NCBI GenBank assembly: GCA_031372065.1
Contig: JANMKN010000282.1
Span: 1-16,497 of the forward strand
From: Abditibacteriaceae bacterium
GTDB taxonomy: Bacteria; Armatimonadota; Abditibacteriia; Abditibacteriales; Abditibacteriaceae
Length of the DNA stretch: 16,497 nt
Reading direction: 5' to 3'
The notes below the pieces were generated by a model that searched no databases, was not told where the DNA came from, and saw nothing but the letters and a program-made list of their open reading frames with translations. A program made the position numbers and the translations under genes. Below are positions 14,793 through 16,497 of this stretch, one piece after another; positions within the stretch are counted from its first letter, which is position 1; each line of letters begins with the position of its first letter.

Positions 14793-14821
14793 TTGTCTTT
14801 TGTGGGCGTGTTGGATATAAT
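14793..14821 (+). promoter_or_regulatory. Sigma70 promoter upstream of the hflX leader
   Basis: TTGTCT (14793-14798), 17-nt spacer, TATAAT (14816-14821). Confidence 0.7.
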
Positions 14822-14992
14822 AGCCTGCGCGAGAAGATGATTTGTCGAAGCGTTGGCGAAGCTCCGGCGCGCTGTCTTTTCAAAATACTGTCATGTGGAT
14901 CAATAGTTTCGTGCGCATTTAGGCGCCATTTCGATTTTTAAGCGTGAGCACGCTCCCTTTTGCCCTGCGCAATTTGTTTTTCAATTTGCCTC

Positions 14993-15036
14993 AAGCGGAA
15001 AGTCAGGCCTCTTGCCCGGCTTCCGCTTTTTTGTTT
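14993..15036 (+). terminator. Intrinsic terminator between the promoter and hflX
   Basis: AAGCGGAAAGTCAGGC-CTCTT-GCCCGGCTTCCGCTT followed by TTTTGTTT. Confidence 0.75.
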
Positions 15037-15111
15037 GTTCTCGTCGGTGGCACTGCTTTGGCAGCAACTGACGAATTGACCTTTTTGCCGTTACAGGAGT
15101 AAAAATCAGCC

Positions 15112-16497
15112 ATGTCTGAAAACCAATATTCACATCTCACCGACGCATCCGAACCACGTCGCGAAAAGCGCGAGACTTTGCAACGCGACGCGCAAGGTTT
15201 GCATTCCACCGAGGTGCGCGCCGAACGCGCTTTGCTGGCCCAAGCCGTCATGGACGGCGCCTCTGTCGCTTTAACCGTCACGCAAACTGCTTCGGGCCGC
15301 GACGCCGATGACGACGCCTCGCCCGAAGAAAGCCTCGCCGAATTGGGCGGCTTGGCCGAAGCCGCCGGCACCGAAGTGGTCGGCCAAGTCACGCAAAGGC
15401 GCCATCGTCCCGATCCGGCCACGCTGTTTGGCAAAGGCAAAGTCAGCGAAATCGGCGAACTCTGCGAAGAATTAGAAGCCGATGTCGTCATCGTAGATTG
15501 CGACCTCACGCCCGCGCAAGGCCGCAATCTGGAAAAAGCGCTGGATGTGCGCGTGATTGACCGCACCGAACTGATTCTTGACATCTTCGCGCGCCGCGCC
15601 CGCACGCGTCAGGCCAAATTGCAAGTCGAACTGGCGCAATTGCGCTATCAATTGCCGCGCTTGAAGCGAATGTGGACTCACTTGGACAGCCTGAGCGGTG
15701 GCGGCGTCGGCCTGCGCGGGCCGGGCGAAACACAGTTGGAAACGGACAGGCGCTTGGCTGGTGACCGCATCGCGCTTTTGGAGCGGCAACTTTCGGAAAT
15801 TCGCCGCCAAAAGCAAGTCGAATCCGAAGGGCGCCTCGATTTTGAAGGCGGCGCTTTGGTCGGCTACACCAACGTCGGCAAAAGCGCGCTGTTAAATGCG
15901 CTTTCCAACCCGACGGGCAAGCAAGTTTTGGTCGCCAATCAGCTTTTTGCCACGCTCGGCGCTTCGACGCGGCGCATTCCCCTCGGCGGCGGGCGCGATG
16001 TTTTGCTGTCCGACACCGTTGGTTTCGTGCGTCGCCTGCCGCATCACTTGGTGGAATGTTTTCATTCGACGTTGGCCGAAGTGCAAAACGCCGATTTCTT
16101 ATTATTGGTTGCCGATGCCGCCGACGAAGAACACGATGAAAAATTAGCCTCGGTGCGTGAAGTTTTGGGCACTCTCGAAGCCGCCGAAACGCCGATGGTT
16201 TTGGTTTTGAATCAGGCTGATCGTTTATCGGAAGAAGACCGCGCCGCTTTGCAGGCACGCCATCCCGAAGCGATTCTCACTTCAGCCATGACCGGCGAAG
16301 GCTTGGACGCTTTGCGTGCCCGCATCCGCGAAGTGTTGGAAGAAGATGACGAAGAAATCGCCTTGACTTTGGATGCCGGCTCGACTTACACCGGCAAATT
16401 GCTGTCAGATTTAGCCAAACATGGCCGCATTTTGCAGCAAGAATGGGGCGGCGACGAAAGCGGCGATAAAGCGCGTCTTTATGTGCGCGCCCGCTTG
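15112..16497 (+). CDS. hflX: GTPase HflX, 3'-truncated by the window end; absent from the ORF track because no stop is reached
   Basis: Open frame from ATG 15112 (AGGAG RBS) with GKGKV, VIDRTELILDIFARRART, LQVELAQLRYQLPRL, RGPGETQLETDRR, GYTNVGKS, LFATL, DTVGF and TSAMTGEG motifs. Confidence 0.96.
   Translation, partial: MSENQYSHLTDASEPRREKRETLQRDAQGLHSTEVRAERALLAQAVMDGASVALTVTQTASGRDADDDASPEESLAELGGLAEAAGTEVVGQVTQRRHRPDPATLFGKGKVSEIGELCEELEADVVIVDCDLTPAQGRNLEKALDVRVIDRTELILDIFARRARTRQAKLQVELAQLRYQLPRLKRMWTHLDSLSGGGVGLRGPGETQLETDRRLAGDRIALLERQLSEIRRQKQVESEGRLDFEGGALVGYTNVGKSALLNALSNPTGKQVLVANQLFATLGASTRRIPLGGGRDVLLSDTVGFVRRLPHHLVECFHSTLAEVQNADFLLLVADAADEEHDEKLASVREVLGTLEAAETPMVLVLNQADRLSEEDRAALQARHPEAILTSAMTGEGLDALRARIREVLEEDDEEIALTLDAGSTYTGKLLSDLAKHGRILQQEWGGDESGDKARLYVRARL

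Overview
Bacterial chromosomal window of moderate GC content. The core is a branched-chain amino acid biosynthesis cluster. On the + strand, a Leu-specifier (CUC) T-box riboswitch precedes a small membrane ORF, ilvC, a second small membrane ORF, leuA, leuC and leuD. Converging on the - strand is cimA (citramalate synthase), translationally coupled to a secreted hypothetical protein and preceded by an unannotated Ile-rich leader-peptide attenuator. The left part holds a membrane ORF and a short hicB-hicA toxin-antitoxin pair bracketed by a ~97-bp direct repeat; the second copy is interrupted by a 263-bp palindromic MITE/REPIN-like element with a 7-bp duplication. A GH4 alpha-galactosidase and a GT87-like glycosyltransferase follow. 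The right part holds a GNAT acetyltransferase and a ~1-kb region without a convincing gene, containing a polarised 10 x 21-bp tandem array, an inverted copy of the unit and a ~150-bp palindrome. Last is hflX, which runs off the window end and is preceded by a promoter, a structured leader and a terminator. Most intergenic junctions carry a different 7-nt or 9-10-nt periodic palindrome. All calls come from reading the sequence by eye; no searches or folding programs were run, so novelty is unverified.
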